A stretch of DNA of 63,664 bases, the filler included, from Octopus bimaculoides (Eukaryota), in assembly GCF_001194135.2 (NCBI RefSeq). It is 7 parts of 6 records of this genome, joined end to end, with 100 filler letters (N's around TTAATTAATTAA, not from the genome) between each part and the next. Parts side by side here need not be neighbours in the genome. Positions count along the whole stretch, not along the records: positions 1 to 4,796 come from NC_068982.1; positions 4,897 to 20,469 come from NC_068983.1; 5 more parts are not named here. One strand, given 5' to 3'. Below, piece after piece: positions 1-11,335 of this stretch (its first letter is position 1; each line of letters opens with the position of its first letter). The position numbers and the translations under genes are program-made. The notes under the pieces are model-generated. The model was given only the letters and a program-made list of their open reading frames with translations. It ran no database searches and was not told the origin of the DNA.

Positions 1-869
1 TTACAAATCTACGGATGCACATACGCACATAATAGAGAAAAATGAAACAAATATGGACGACTTGCTCCGAAACACCACCGAGTGGGGAACGCTTCTCAAA
101 AATAACCTGCAGTTGTTTCCTTCAAAATTCCTACATGCTCGAAATGTACATACATCAAGGTATATTTGTAGAAAATTTCACGAAAAAATATTAATTTTCT
201 TGGAAGTTAAGAAGAATTTAAGTGGACTCTGTTGGAATTTCCGAAAATTGTCCCCCACCCCCATTCCAAAACACTTTCACCGGAAATTTTGTATATTCGG
301 AATCTACATAATACATACTATATGCATAGAAAATTTCATTAAAAAATATTCATTTTTCTGAAAGTTATGACCTTCCAAAGTCTGGGGGGTACAACTTTGT
401 AGTTATGCCTTCATTTATACAAGCATACATATCTAAATATACCGGTCGTTCATCATTATTTATTGTGGGACAATAACTAAACTGAATTCTTGTTAGTAGT
501 AACGAAGAATCTTGATCGATCCTGACAAAAGTATTCTGTCTGTCAAGGAAAGGTGTAGATGGGACGAGAAAACTATTTAACGAATGTTCCTAATGAGCTT
601 TGCCTCGCTTCCTAGACATCATACTTAAGTCGCGTCTCCGATGGCAAATGTCAGTTTAACAGGAAGTATAAACAAGATGGCTGACATGTTGAAGGAGAAC
701 TCTTGGAATTGTTGAGATGTTTTCTCAGTTAACTTACTAATACCTGCAAAGGTTTTTCATTCAGACCTGAAGGCGAGGTGGGCGCCATTTGATCGTCTAC
801 TTGACTGTCTAACTACAAAAACTAATCAATTTTCAGTCAATTGGTTACTGTGTTGTAGATGTGATGTTG

Positions 870-1018
870 TTATCGCTGCTGTTGTTGTTGTTGTTGTTCT
901 TGTTGTTGTTGTTGTTGTTGTTGTTCTTCTTCTTCTTCTTCTTCTTCTTCTTCTTCTTCTTCTTCTTCTTCTTCTTCTTCTTCTTCTTCTTCTTCTTCTT
1001 CTTCTTCTTCTTCTTCTT
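870..1018. repeat. Compound microsatellite (TTG)n(TTC)n
   Basis: Direct reading of tandem trinucleotides; explains the poly-L/poly-F ORF at 861..1127. Confidence 0.95.
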
Positions 1019-1139
1019 TGTGGCGATGGTAGTAGTGGTGGCAGTGGTGGTTAGGCCCAGATCAACTCTGGACGATCAGACTTATGATCAAATCTATTTA
1101 GCCATGACCATCTTTTATTATAATTGACTGACCAAATGA

Positions 1140-1300
1140 GGTCAAATACCGCCGGGGTTGGCTTTTTGCGTTTTGTGTTTAAATACCGTTGCAGTCAACT
1201 TCGCCTTTCATCCTTTCGAGGTCGACAGAATAAAGTAGCAATCGAGTAATGGAGTCCAATATTTCAAAATTGCTAGCCTTGTGCCAAAATTTGAAACAAT
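1140..1300 (+). mobile_element. tRNA-derived SINE (family B, core ...gtcaacttcgcctttcatcctttcgaggtcgac...)
   Basis: The same core recurs at ~5425, 17955, 18140, 39530, 49375, 52325, 52935, 54245 and 55579. Confidence 0.7.
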
Positions 1301-1337
1301 CATTATAAATAATTTGTTGTTGTTATTGGTGGTGTTG

Positions 1338-1369
<32 letters not shown>

Positions 1370-1642
1370 GATGGTGGGGGGCGGCGGTGGCCGTGGTTGT
1401 CGTCGTCGTTGTTGTCATCACCATAATGTTGTTGACACTCTCAAGTTTTTGAATTCGCTTCTACTGCGATCTTTCCAGACGAATTAAATATGCAATACCA
1501 AAAATATCACAGTGAAAAATCAGTGAAGTTATGGCAAATTCCATTCCAGTTATATTTATTTATCTATTTTCTTACTTATTTACCAATTCACTTCACCTTC
1601 TACTTCTGTAACGAAAAACTTAGAAGGTTTTTCTTTGACAAA

Positions 1643-1669
1643 ATAGTAGTAGTAGTAGTAGTAGTAGTT

Positions 1670-1717
<48 letters not shown>
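1643..1717. repeat. (TAG)n microsatellite
   Basis: Direct reading. Confidence 0.95.
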
Positions 1718-1812
1718 TTTTCCGCTGTTACAGAAATAGCCGGAGCAAGTGAAATCGGTAAGTGAGGTGTACAATAATAATAATAATAATAATAATCATA
1801 ATAATAATTGTC

Positions 1813-2017
1813 AAAAAATATTCATACAAATACATAACAAAAACACGAGGACTAGCAAATATATATATAACATACAGAAAATAGCAGTACACATCCTCTG
1901 TAAAACACTTTCAATGCAGTAAAAATGAGAACACCACAACAAACCACAGCACATACCCAAGGCACACAGAACTGTGCTTGGTAGAGCAGTGAAAGCACGT
2001 GGTAAAAATAAGACTAT

Positions 2018-2050
<33 letters not shown>
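1813..2050 (+). mobile_element. R4/Dong-clade LINE 3' terminus with (TAA)n tail
   Basis: Frameshifted C-terminal peptide resembling T.GL.NIY.IQKIA....HIL.KTLS, then a short 3'UTR ending in (TAA)n; also preceded by (TAA)n. Confidence 0.6.
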
Positions 2051-2053
<3 letters not shown>

Positions 2054-2955
2054 CTTGACCCGCAGAATGTCATAAAGGAAAGCTACAAACAACTAGGGGT
2101 ATTTGAAGGGGATGGAATCAAACATTCAGTGATGAGGGAAAGGATCAGAAGAGAATGTTATTGCAGGGTAAGGGCAATATTCAAGATAGAGCTGAATGTG
2201 AGAAACATGATCGAAGTGATCCATACTTTAGCCATACCAGTCGTGACTTACAGTTTCAATATCATTAAGTGGTTAATTACTGAAATATGTATTCTTGACA
2301 GAAAAATACGAAAATTGTTTACAATGCATAGAATGCACCACCCTAAGGCAGATATAGGACGACTTTTACAACTGGCATTAGCAATGAAGATTGCCACAAT
2401 TGGCTTAGACACCTACCTGAAAAACTCTGAGGACTGGATGTTAAAACTTGTCTCAAAACATGAAAACAAGAAAGCATCATACTCAGTAACAAAACAGGCA
2501 AAATAATATCTAAGTGAATTCCAAATACAACAAATCCCAGAATTAGACATACGAGAAACAAGCACAGAAAAAGCTAAGCGCATGAAAGCCTGTGCTAAAA
2601 CTGCTGCCTTAGATATTCTTACTGATAAATGGCAAGAAAAATCTCTCAATGGCAAGAAAAATCCCTTAATGGCAAATGCCCAAAGAGAGCTAATAGTGCC
2701 GATATTGACAAAGTCCTTACTCATCAATGGTTAGTGGCTTCTGGCTTAAAATCAGAAACAGAAGGTTTTATCATAGCAGCCCAAGATCAATGCCTACCTA
2801 CAAGAAACTACCAGGCCAACATATTAAAGAATGACAGCTGCCCATCATGTCGAGTATGTCAACAGCAAAATGAAACCATTGATCATGTTGTCTCCATGTC
2901 CAATCTTCTTGCGCCTACAGAGTATCTCAACAGGCATGTTATAGTTCGGCAATAG
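2051..2955 (+). mobile_element. R4/Dong-clade LINE fragment (RT C-terminal region to CCHC zinc knuckle), degraded
   Basis: ORFs 2129..2506 (AIPVVTYSFNIIKW...HHPKADIGRL) and 2629..2955 (LKSETEGFIIAAQDQCLPTRNY...CRVCQQQNETIDHV...EYLNRH) match R4/Dong ORF features; stops and frameshifts lie between them. Confidence 0.85.
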
Positions 2956-3369
2956 ATAACGGTAGAATAAGTACCAGGCTTTAAAAAATAAGTCCTGGGG
3001 TCGATTTATTCGACTAAATCTCTTCAAGTCGGTGCCCCAGCGTGGCCGCAGTTTAATGACTGACACAAATAAAAGATAGAAGACAAAAGATAACCTACGC
3101 TACCCTCATGGCAAGTGAACCTGCCAGAGCCTTCCAAACCCTTCCAGAATCTTCCAAAACTGCACAAAAATTCATTACAGCTGGCGACGTTAGGCCTTCG
3201 CTATTCCTCATTTGTTCGTTATCTGTTCCTTTGTTTTTTTGTTTTTTTTTAATTCTGCCCCATTAAAGACCATAATCTCTTGTTTCTCTTGATTGTTCTT
3301 TTCTACCATCAGCTACGTCTGCGGCCACAATTGTCTATAATATAAGTATGTATGTATGTATGTATGTAT

Positions 3370-3370
3370 G

Positions 3371-3439
<69 letters not shown>

Positions 3440-3800
3440 CTCCACATGGACGGACGTTAGACAAATCGGCTCCCATGTAAATTGCATTTTTCACCTCTTA
3501 AAAGACCTATTTTGTTTTTTAATTTTTGTATAAGTTGTGTATAACACAAAATACTTCGTGAACATATATTTTTCAAATCGGAAATAGCTCTATTTAGAGC
3601 CTTATTTCCAAAAATTCAAAAACATCTTCCTCGATCCTTCGGACATTTCAACATTTATTTTTCTCCGTGTCTGCCGAGAATGGGTGGAGGAGGCACCGCG
3701 GTGCTTCTTCGGAAGAGTTTGGACCTCAAAGTAAAAGCAATTTTGGATGTCGACGGCANNNNNNNNNNNNNNNNNNNNNNNNNNNNNNNNNNNNNNNNNN

Positions 3801-3861
<61 letters not shown>

Positions 3862-4188
3862 CTCCACATGGACGGACGTTAGACAAATCGGCTCCCATGT
3901 AAATTGCATTTTTCACCTCTTAAAAGACCTATTTTGTTTTTTAATTTTTGTATAAGTTGTGTATAACACAAAATACTTCGTGAACATATATTTTTCAAAT
4001 CGGAAATAGCTCTATTTAGAGCCTTATTTCCAAAAATTCAAAAACATCTTCCTCGATCCTTCGGACATTTCAACATTTATTTTTCTCCGTGTCTGCCGAG
4101 AATGGGTGGAGGAGGCACCGCGGTGCTTCTTCGGAAGAGTTTGGACCTCAAAGTAAAAGCAATTTTGGATGTCGACGGCAGCGATGGG
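3370..4188. repeat. Exact tandem duplication of (TATC)n plus ~320 bp across an N gap (3370-3758 = 3801-4188)
   Basis: The two copies read identically and flank a gap; probably an unmerged contig overlap. Confidence 0.85.
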
Positions 4189-4796
4189 TGTGCTTTTCGA
4201 CTGATAGCAGTTTATGCACCGTCTTTAACAGGCCGGCCAGATTTCTATCGACGTCTAGAGGTTTTCTTGGGAACGTCTCGACCTTTACTTTTAGTGGGGG
4301 ATTGGAACGCTACCCTGGACACGCATCTAGATTACGCAGGCAGAGATAGCAATAGAAAGGGATGCAAAAGCCTCAAAGACCTTCTCAGACGTTTCCAACT
4401 GTCTGACAGGTACCGACTGGACCACCCGAATGTGCCAACGTGGACATGGAGTAACCGTATCAGGTCGTCCAGATCGTACTTAGATAGGGTATTCTGTAGG
4501 ACAGTGAATAACGATAGAGTAGGTTGTCCACAATTCCACATAGTCAGCTACACAGACCACAAATTTGTCACTTGTACGCTTGACTTAGATAAGACACATA
4601 GACAGGGTCCCGGTTACTGGAAGCTAAACGTGTCGTTCACGGCACGCCAGGCTTACAGGGACCGGATTAGCACTTTAGTTAAGAGAGCATTAACGGGTGC
4701 CATCATCAACAACAGATGGTGGTATGCCCTCAAAAAAGCAATCAAGTCAGAATCGGTTAGGTACAGTAAGGCCCTAGCGTTAGACCGAAATAGAAT
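4050..4796 (+). mobile_element. L1/Tx1-clade LINE ORF2 apurinic endonuclease domain fragment
   Basis: Open frame with GGGGTAVLL, LIAVYAP, LLLVGDWNATLD, TWTWSN, SYLDRVF, YTDHK and GPGYWKLN motifs typical of Tx1 APE; truncated by a gap. Confidence 0.9.
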
Positions 4797-4896
4797 NNNN
4801 NNNNNNNNNNNNNNNNNNNNNNNNNNNNNNNNNNNNNNNNTTAATTAATTAANNNNNNNNNNNNNNNNNNNNNNNNNNNNNNNNNNNNNNNNNNNN

Positions 4897-4951
<55 letters not shown>

Positions 4952-5294
4952 ATTTGAGTATCTGTGTGTGCCAGAGAGATTGGGAGAATAGAGATATGAA
5001 GTGCTCAAACTCTCATCCAGTTTATCCATAATGTTCAACGTCAAATGTATTTGTCTCCACATAAAATGTAATATACTGTCATATATTACATATAATTATG
5101 CTAATTATAGGATGATATACTGCCTCGTTTAAAACAAGTGACATGTTTGTAAGTCATAATGTCTCGGGATGGAGGGGTGGGATAATAAAGATATATAAAT
5201 ATGGCGGACTATAACAAGGCGCGGTGACTACAAGTAGTAGTAGGAGGAGGCGAGGGAGTACGGACAAATAATAGTGGAAGTAGTAATCGCCGCT

Positions 5295-5295
<1 letters not shown>

Positions 5296-5385
<90 letters not shown>
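5296..5385. repeat. (GTC)n(GTA)n microsatellite
   Basis: Direct reading. Confidence 0.95.
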
Positions 5386-5582
5386 NNNNNNNNNNNNNNN
5401 NNNNNNNNNNNNNNNNNNNNNNNNNNNNNNNNNNNNNNNNNNNNNNNNGTGTGTGGGGGGATGTCGATAAATTAAGTACCAGTTGAACACTGGGGTCGGT
5501 ATAATCAACTAGTCCCCTCCCCCAAAATGGCTGCTCTTTTGGAAAAATTACAAAACCATTATTAATGTTATTATTATCATTG

Positions 5583-5640
<58 letters not shown>

Positions 5641-5793
5641 TATTATTATTATTATTACTATTTTACTCATTATTGCTGGGGGAAGGGGAGGAGGAGGAAG
5701 AGGTCATCGAACTTTGAGTTTAGTGTCTGTAATTTCCAAAGACTGGCATCAGTAAAATCCAGTGAAGTTCCCTCGTTAGTTTCCAGTAGACAA

Positions 5794-6073
5794 CTAGTAC
5801 TGGGCGACGGGGGATGCTCCTGTAATCCAGCCACCCGGAGGCTTGGTTGGTTTGCAGATAAGAGTCCTGGTAGTCGGTCTTTTATGGCGATGGGATGTCC
5901 GCGCTAAACTCGGCATCAATATGGTGCTGGAGAGAGGACTCATCGGCACCAGGAGGGTCGCTTCAGCCCAGAGCGGAGACGCAGCAGGCAAAGACCCCTT
6001 GTCGAGCAGTAGTGGGATCTCGCCTGTGAATAGTCGTCGGCTGGCAGCCTGTTCGATATAACTGAACTCCAAC
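5794..6073 (-). CDS. Candidate terminal coding exon, S/P/T-rich, unidentified (LEFSYIEQAASRRLFTGEIPLLLDK...GASPVAQY*)
   Basis: GC-rich island in AT-rich DNA, minus-strand acceptor tttctcttaaag|G, 92-codon open frame. No family recognised. Confidence 0.35.
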
Positions 6074-6089
6074 CTTTAAGAGAAATATA

Positions 6090-6505
6090 GGCGCAGGAGT
6101 GGTAAGTAGCTTGCTTACCAACTACATGGTTCTGAGTTCAGTCCCACTGCGTGGCATCTTGGGTAAGTGTCTTCTACTATAGCCTCGGGCCAACCAAAGC
6201 CTTGTGAGTGGATTTGGTAGAGGGAAACTGAAAGAAGCCCATCGTATACATGCATGTATAGATATATATGTGTGTGTGTGTATGTATGTGTGTATGTATG
6301 TATGTGTTTGTGTTTGTCCCCCCCCCCCAACAATTGATGCTGGTGTGTTTACGTCCCCGTAACTTAACGGTTCGGCAAAAAGAGACCGATAGAATAAGTT
6401 CTAGGCTTACAATGAATAAGTCCTGGGGTTGATTTGCTCGACTAAAGGCGGTGCTCCAGCATGGCCGCAGTCAAATCATAGAAACAAGTAAAAGAATAAA
6501 AGAAT
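6090..6505 (+). mobile_element. tRNA-derived CORE-type SINE (family A, resembling octopus OR-type SINEs)
   Basis: tRNA-like head ggcgcaggagtgg...ggttctgagttcagtccc, CORE-like cttgggtaagtgtctt, internal (TA/TG)n, tail gaaacaagtaaaagaataaaagaata; many copies in the window. Confidence 0.85.
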
Positions 6506-6962
6506 AGACAAGATCAAATTGTACCACAAGACTGTTGAATACAGCGTTTAGCATCACTGCGTTATTTGTTTGTCACAAATATATGCCAAATCTTCCTTTG
6601 GATTATCCCCTAACATCTTAAAAGAGAAACACACACTGGATAATTTAAACGCAAACATATTATGTCTGAATTAATAAGTCAAGTTTCCACAGCAAAGAAC
6701 GGTTATGAATGATTAGGAAGAATCCACCTTCGAGACTGTGTTTGCATCAATGGTTGTATACCTCGTTTATCAATGGTTGTATATATTATTGCATAATAAT
6801 ATGGTAATGCTCATGAGATTGAGTTACGGGTAAAGTAGTGCAAATCAATGAAATAAAGCGACTTGCTTGAGGAGGCTACGTAAGTACTCTCTCACATAAC
6901 TACGCGAAACGCGTGTATCAAATGCATACAAAACATCAAAATATCAATATTTGGACCTGTTT

Positions 6963-6993
<31 letters not shown>

Positions 6994-7519
6994 GTTTATG
7001 TGTGTGTTTATGTATACGTACAAACATTATATNNNNNNNNNNNNNNNNNNNNNNNNNNNNNNNNNNNNNNNNNNNNNNNNNNNNNNNNNNNNNNNNNNNN
7101 NNNNNNNNNNNNNNNNNNNNNNNNNNNNNNNNNNNNNNNNNNNNNNNNNNNNNNNNNNNNNNNNNNNNNNNNNNNNNNNNNNNNNNNNNNNNNNNNNNNN
7201 NNNNNNNNNNNNNNNNNNNNNNNNNNNNNNNNNNNNNNNNNNNNNNNNNNNNNNNNNNNNNNNNNNNNNNNNNNNNNNNNNNNNNNNNNNNNNNNNNNNN
7301 NATATATATATATATACGTTATATATACGTTTATGTATACATACGTCATGTAACCTGCAAAAACAAGATGTATCTAACAATGATTTTCCACCTATTCATG
7401 GTAACGACAGCTGTGTGATATATGGAAACATCTGTCGGACTAACAGAAACGAAAACACATAAAACTTCTAAGGTTACCATACCACAAGTAATGCATAGAA
7501 ACACTGGAGAAATTTTCAA

Positions 7520-8030
7520 TCTTAGCTGTTTGAAGACTTGAAGGTCGACTCCCTTTCTTTAGAGTCATCACAGAGAACACAGATGTCACGAGAAATATCG
7601 AGAGGGTACAGATTCATTGTAACGACTATTACCTGTCAAAATGAAGCGACCATATATATATATATATATATAGTTGAAATTTATAGAAAAACAAAAGACG
7701 AAGGCAGGTGTATAAACAACAACCAGGTATATTAGTTTGACGCTAGGGTAAGTGAGAAAGTCTTTTACGTTTCTAGTCTACGCTCTTCAACAGAAAGGAA
7801 TAACAGAAAATAAGCAGAGAGAAGGGGGAAAAAACCTGTAGATTTTGCGGTCAAGCATGGCGAATGGTATGAAAAATCTGAAAGTTGAATGGTTCGAAGA
7901 GTTCAAAATAGTTCAAAAGTGGTGGTATATTGGAGCGATTTTAAATCAATGAAAGAGTCCGGTGAAATCCGTGAAAGTAGAGTCAGAATATCCAGTAGTA
8001 ATCCGGGTGGAGTGCTGGCAATATATATAT
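7520..8030 (-). mobile_element. Penelope-like element remnant with pseudo-LTR end
   Basis: Minus strand reads ttgaagagcgtagactagaaacgtaaaagac, resembling the ctgaaga..gaaacg terminal signature of Penelope pLTRs; heavily decayed. Confidence 0.45.
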
Positions 8031-9076
8031 ATCTTAGAATATGAGGTGACAAAGGAATAAACGGTTATTATGAACGTCACTAGCTTACTGCTGTTTCTGC
8101 TATAAGACACAGTGGACTCAGTCCTTATAGCTTCATCGGAGCCTTGAATATGAAGCGTGCTTCATATGTGAGGGTCTGATGAAGCTATGGCAGAGTATTT
8201 CAGTAGAAATCCTGGAACAAGAGCCTGTTCCGATATCTTTTCTTACATAGACTTATATTGTTGCCATATTTCTCGTTGTTGTTCAATGAAATGATGCGAT
8301 GTTTTGGAATCCCAATTTCGTTTACCTCAAGTTTTCCAAGAACATTGCTTTGCTAAGAGAAGTGAAATTACTTCAACGAGGAACCAACGCCAGTTGGTTG
8401 TGCCATTATCTGATCCCCTTCGTTACTCTTCGCTCACGGTGGACCTACATGCTTAGTAGATGCGACATCATAATTATACTTAAAGCGAAGGGGAAAAAAG
8501 GGACGTTGTCGTGTTCATGCCTTTCTAAATTAATTTCCTTCGTACTTGTTTCAGTCATTAGNNNNNNNNNNNNNNNNNNNNNNNNNNNNNNNNNNNNNNN
8601 NNNNNNNNNNNNNNNNNNNNNNNNNNNNNNNNNNNNNNNNNNNNNNNNNNNNNNNNNNNNNNNNNNNNNNNNNNNNNNNNNNNNNNNNNNNNNNNNNNNN
8701 NNNNNNNNNNNNNNNNNNNNNNNNNNNNNNNNNNNNNNNNNNNNNNNNNNNNNNNNNNNNNNNNNNNNNNNNNNNNNNNNNNNNNNNNNNNNNNNNNNNN
8801 NNNNNNNNNNNNNNNNNNNNNNNNNNNNNNNNNNNNNNNNNNNNNNNNNNNNNNNNNNNNNNNNNNNNNNNNNNNNNNNNNNNNNNNNNNNNNNNNNNNN
8901 NNNNNNNNNNNNNNNNNNNNNNNNNNNNNNNNNNNNNNNNNNNNNNNNNNNNNNNNNNNNNNNNNNNNNNNNNNNNNNNNNNNNNNNNNNNNNNNNNNNN
9001 NNNNNNNNNNNNNNNNNNNNNNNNNNNNNNNNNNNNNNNNNNNNNNNNNNNNNNNNNNNNNNNNNNNNNNNNNNNN

Positions 9077-9126
<50 letters not shown>

Positions 9127-9129
9127 GCG

Positions 9130-9500
9130 AGCGCGCGATAGGGCTTTCATACAGTTTCTATCCAATAAATTCGTTCGCAACTCATTGGTTGGCCCGAGAC
9201 GAATGTAGAAGACACCTGCCTAAGATGGTTTGCGGTGAGACTGAACCCGAGACCACTGGGCTACAAAGCGACCATCTTAACCACACACACTCACACACAC
9301 ACACCTACCTTTTGCTTGTTTCAGCCATCAGACTACGGCCATGCTGGGGCACGGCCTTGAAGAATTTTTAGTCGAATGACTCGAGCCCAGTAATTATTTT
9401 CTATTAAGCCTGGTACTTATTCTATCGGTCTCTATTGCCGAAACACTAGGTTATGTGGACGTAAGCCCACCAACACTGGTTGTCATGCGGTGGTGTAGAA
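9130..9500 (-). mobile_element. Family A SINE
   Basis: Reverse complement of the 6090-6505 family. Confidence 0.75.
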
Positions 9501-10518
9501 CATACACAAACACAAACGCATACACACATACACACATATTATGCATACATATACACTCACACACACATATGTATATATACATACATATATATATATATAT
9601 ACATACATACACATACATATATATATATATATATACATAAGCATACATACACATANNNNNNNNNNNNNNNNNNNNNNNNNNNNNNNNNNNNNNNNNNNNN
9701 NNNNNNNNNNNNNNNNNNNNNNNNNNNNNNNNNNNNNNNNNNNNNNNNNNNNNNNNNNNNNNNNNNNNNNNNNNNNNNNNNNNNNNNNNNNNNNNNNNNN
9801 NNNNNNNNNNNNNNNNNNNNNNNNNNNNNNNNNNNNNNNNNNNNNNNNNNNNNNNNNNNNNNNNNNNNNNNNNNNNNNNNNNNNNNNNNNNNNNNNNNNN
9901 NNNNNNNNNNNNNNNNNNNNNNNNNNNNNNNNNNNNNNNNNNNNNNNNNNNNNNNNNNNNNNNNNNNNNNNNNNNNNNNNNNNNNNNNNNNNNNNNNNNN
10001 NNNNNNNNNNNNNNNNNNNNNNNNNNNNNNNNNNNNNNNNNNNNNNNNNNNNNNNNNNNNNNNNNNNNNNNNNNNNNNNNNNNNNNNNNNNNNNNNNNNN
10101 NNNNNNNNNNNNNNNNNNNNNNNNNNNNNNNNNNNNNNNNNNNNNNNNNNNNNNNNNNNNNNNNNNNNNNNNNNNNNNNNNNNNNNNNNNNNNNNNNNNN
10201 NNNNNNNNNNNNNNNNNNNNNNNNNNNNNNNNNNNNNNNNNNNNNNNNNNNNNNNNNNNNNNNNNNNNNNNNNNNNNNNNNNNNNNNNNNNNNNNNNNNN
10301 NNNNNNNNNNNNNNNNNNNNNNNNNNNNNNNNNNNNNNNNNNNNNNNNNNNNNNNNNNNNNNNNNNNNNNNNNNNNNNNNNNNNNNNNNNNNNNNNNNNN
10401 NNNNNNNNNNNNNNNNNNNNNNNNNNNNNNNNNNNNNNNNNNNNNNNNNNNNNNNNNNNNNNNNNNNNNNNNNNNNNNNNNNNNNNNNNNNNNNNNNNNN
10501 NNNNNNNNNNNNNNNNNN

Positions 10519-10590
<72 letters not shown>

Positions 10591-10624
10591 CTGTTTCTGT
10601 CAATTCACTCATCGGTCAGTAAGG

Positions 10625-10870
10625 TCCCGTGGACATTTCTGTGTCCAGTCCTAGGACTCGTAGAGTGGTTTTCTTAGCGAGTGAGTGACTGAAATCACAA
10701 CACTGTCCCCACCCTACCTACAACGTCCTAGTCAGGACACCATTTAGAACTGAGAGGACGTAAAATGAAGTGTTTTGCTCAAGAACACAACTCACCTCTC
10801 AGCCCTGGAATCGAAACCACGATCCTGGGACCAAGAGTGCAGCACCCTAACCAGTAGGCCATGCATCCCC
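10625..10870 (-). mobile_element. tRNA-derived SINE (family D)
   Basis: ...gtgttttgctcaagaacacaac...ggaatcgaaaccacgatc...ccctaaccagtaggccat; related copies at ~40440, 49075, 53690 and 59200. Confidence 0.65.
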
Positions 10871-11304
10871 AATTCACTATTGTAAAACATGCAAATGTGG
10901 GAAGGTGTATTAAAAAGGAATAAGTAAATAAATAAAAGAATAAATAGATAAATAAATCCGGGTAACTTACAGCGGGTGGGAATAGAATCCTTTTTGGTTA
11001 AACTCTTCTGTCTTATAATTCCGTTTGTTTGCCATTTCTAAGTTCGCAGCACTTCATTATTTTATTTCATTTCCTCTCTGTTTGTATCTGTGTGCACTCT
11101 TGTATGTATGTATATATGTGTATGCCTGCATACATGTATGTTTACATGTATGCATGTATGTATGTATGTATGTGTATGTATGTATGTGTGTGTATGTATG
11201 TATGTGTGTATGTGTATGTATGCATGTATGGAGGTATGTATTATGTTTACATGTATGTGTGTGTATGCATGAATACATGCTTCTATTTACATATATACAT
11301 GTAT

Positions 11305-11335
<31 letters not shown>

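Noticed and set aside
3370-3758. Apparent segmental duplication of the Tx1 5' region
   Set aside because: Identical copies on both sides of an N gap, each starting in (TATC)n; most likely an unmerged contig overlap.
4841-4852. TTAATTAATTAA between N runs (also at 20514, 42861, 52020, 58216 and 61822)
   Set aside because: An identical 12-mer with stops in all six frames, always centred in gaps: a scaffolding linker, not biology.
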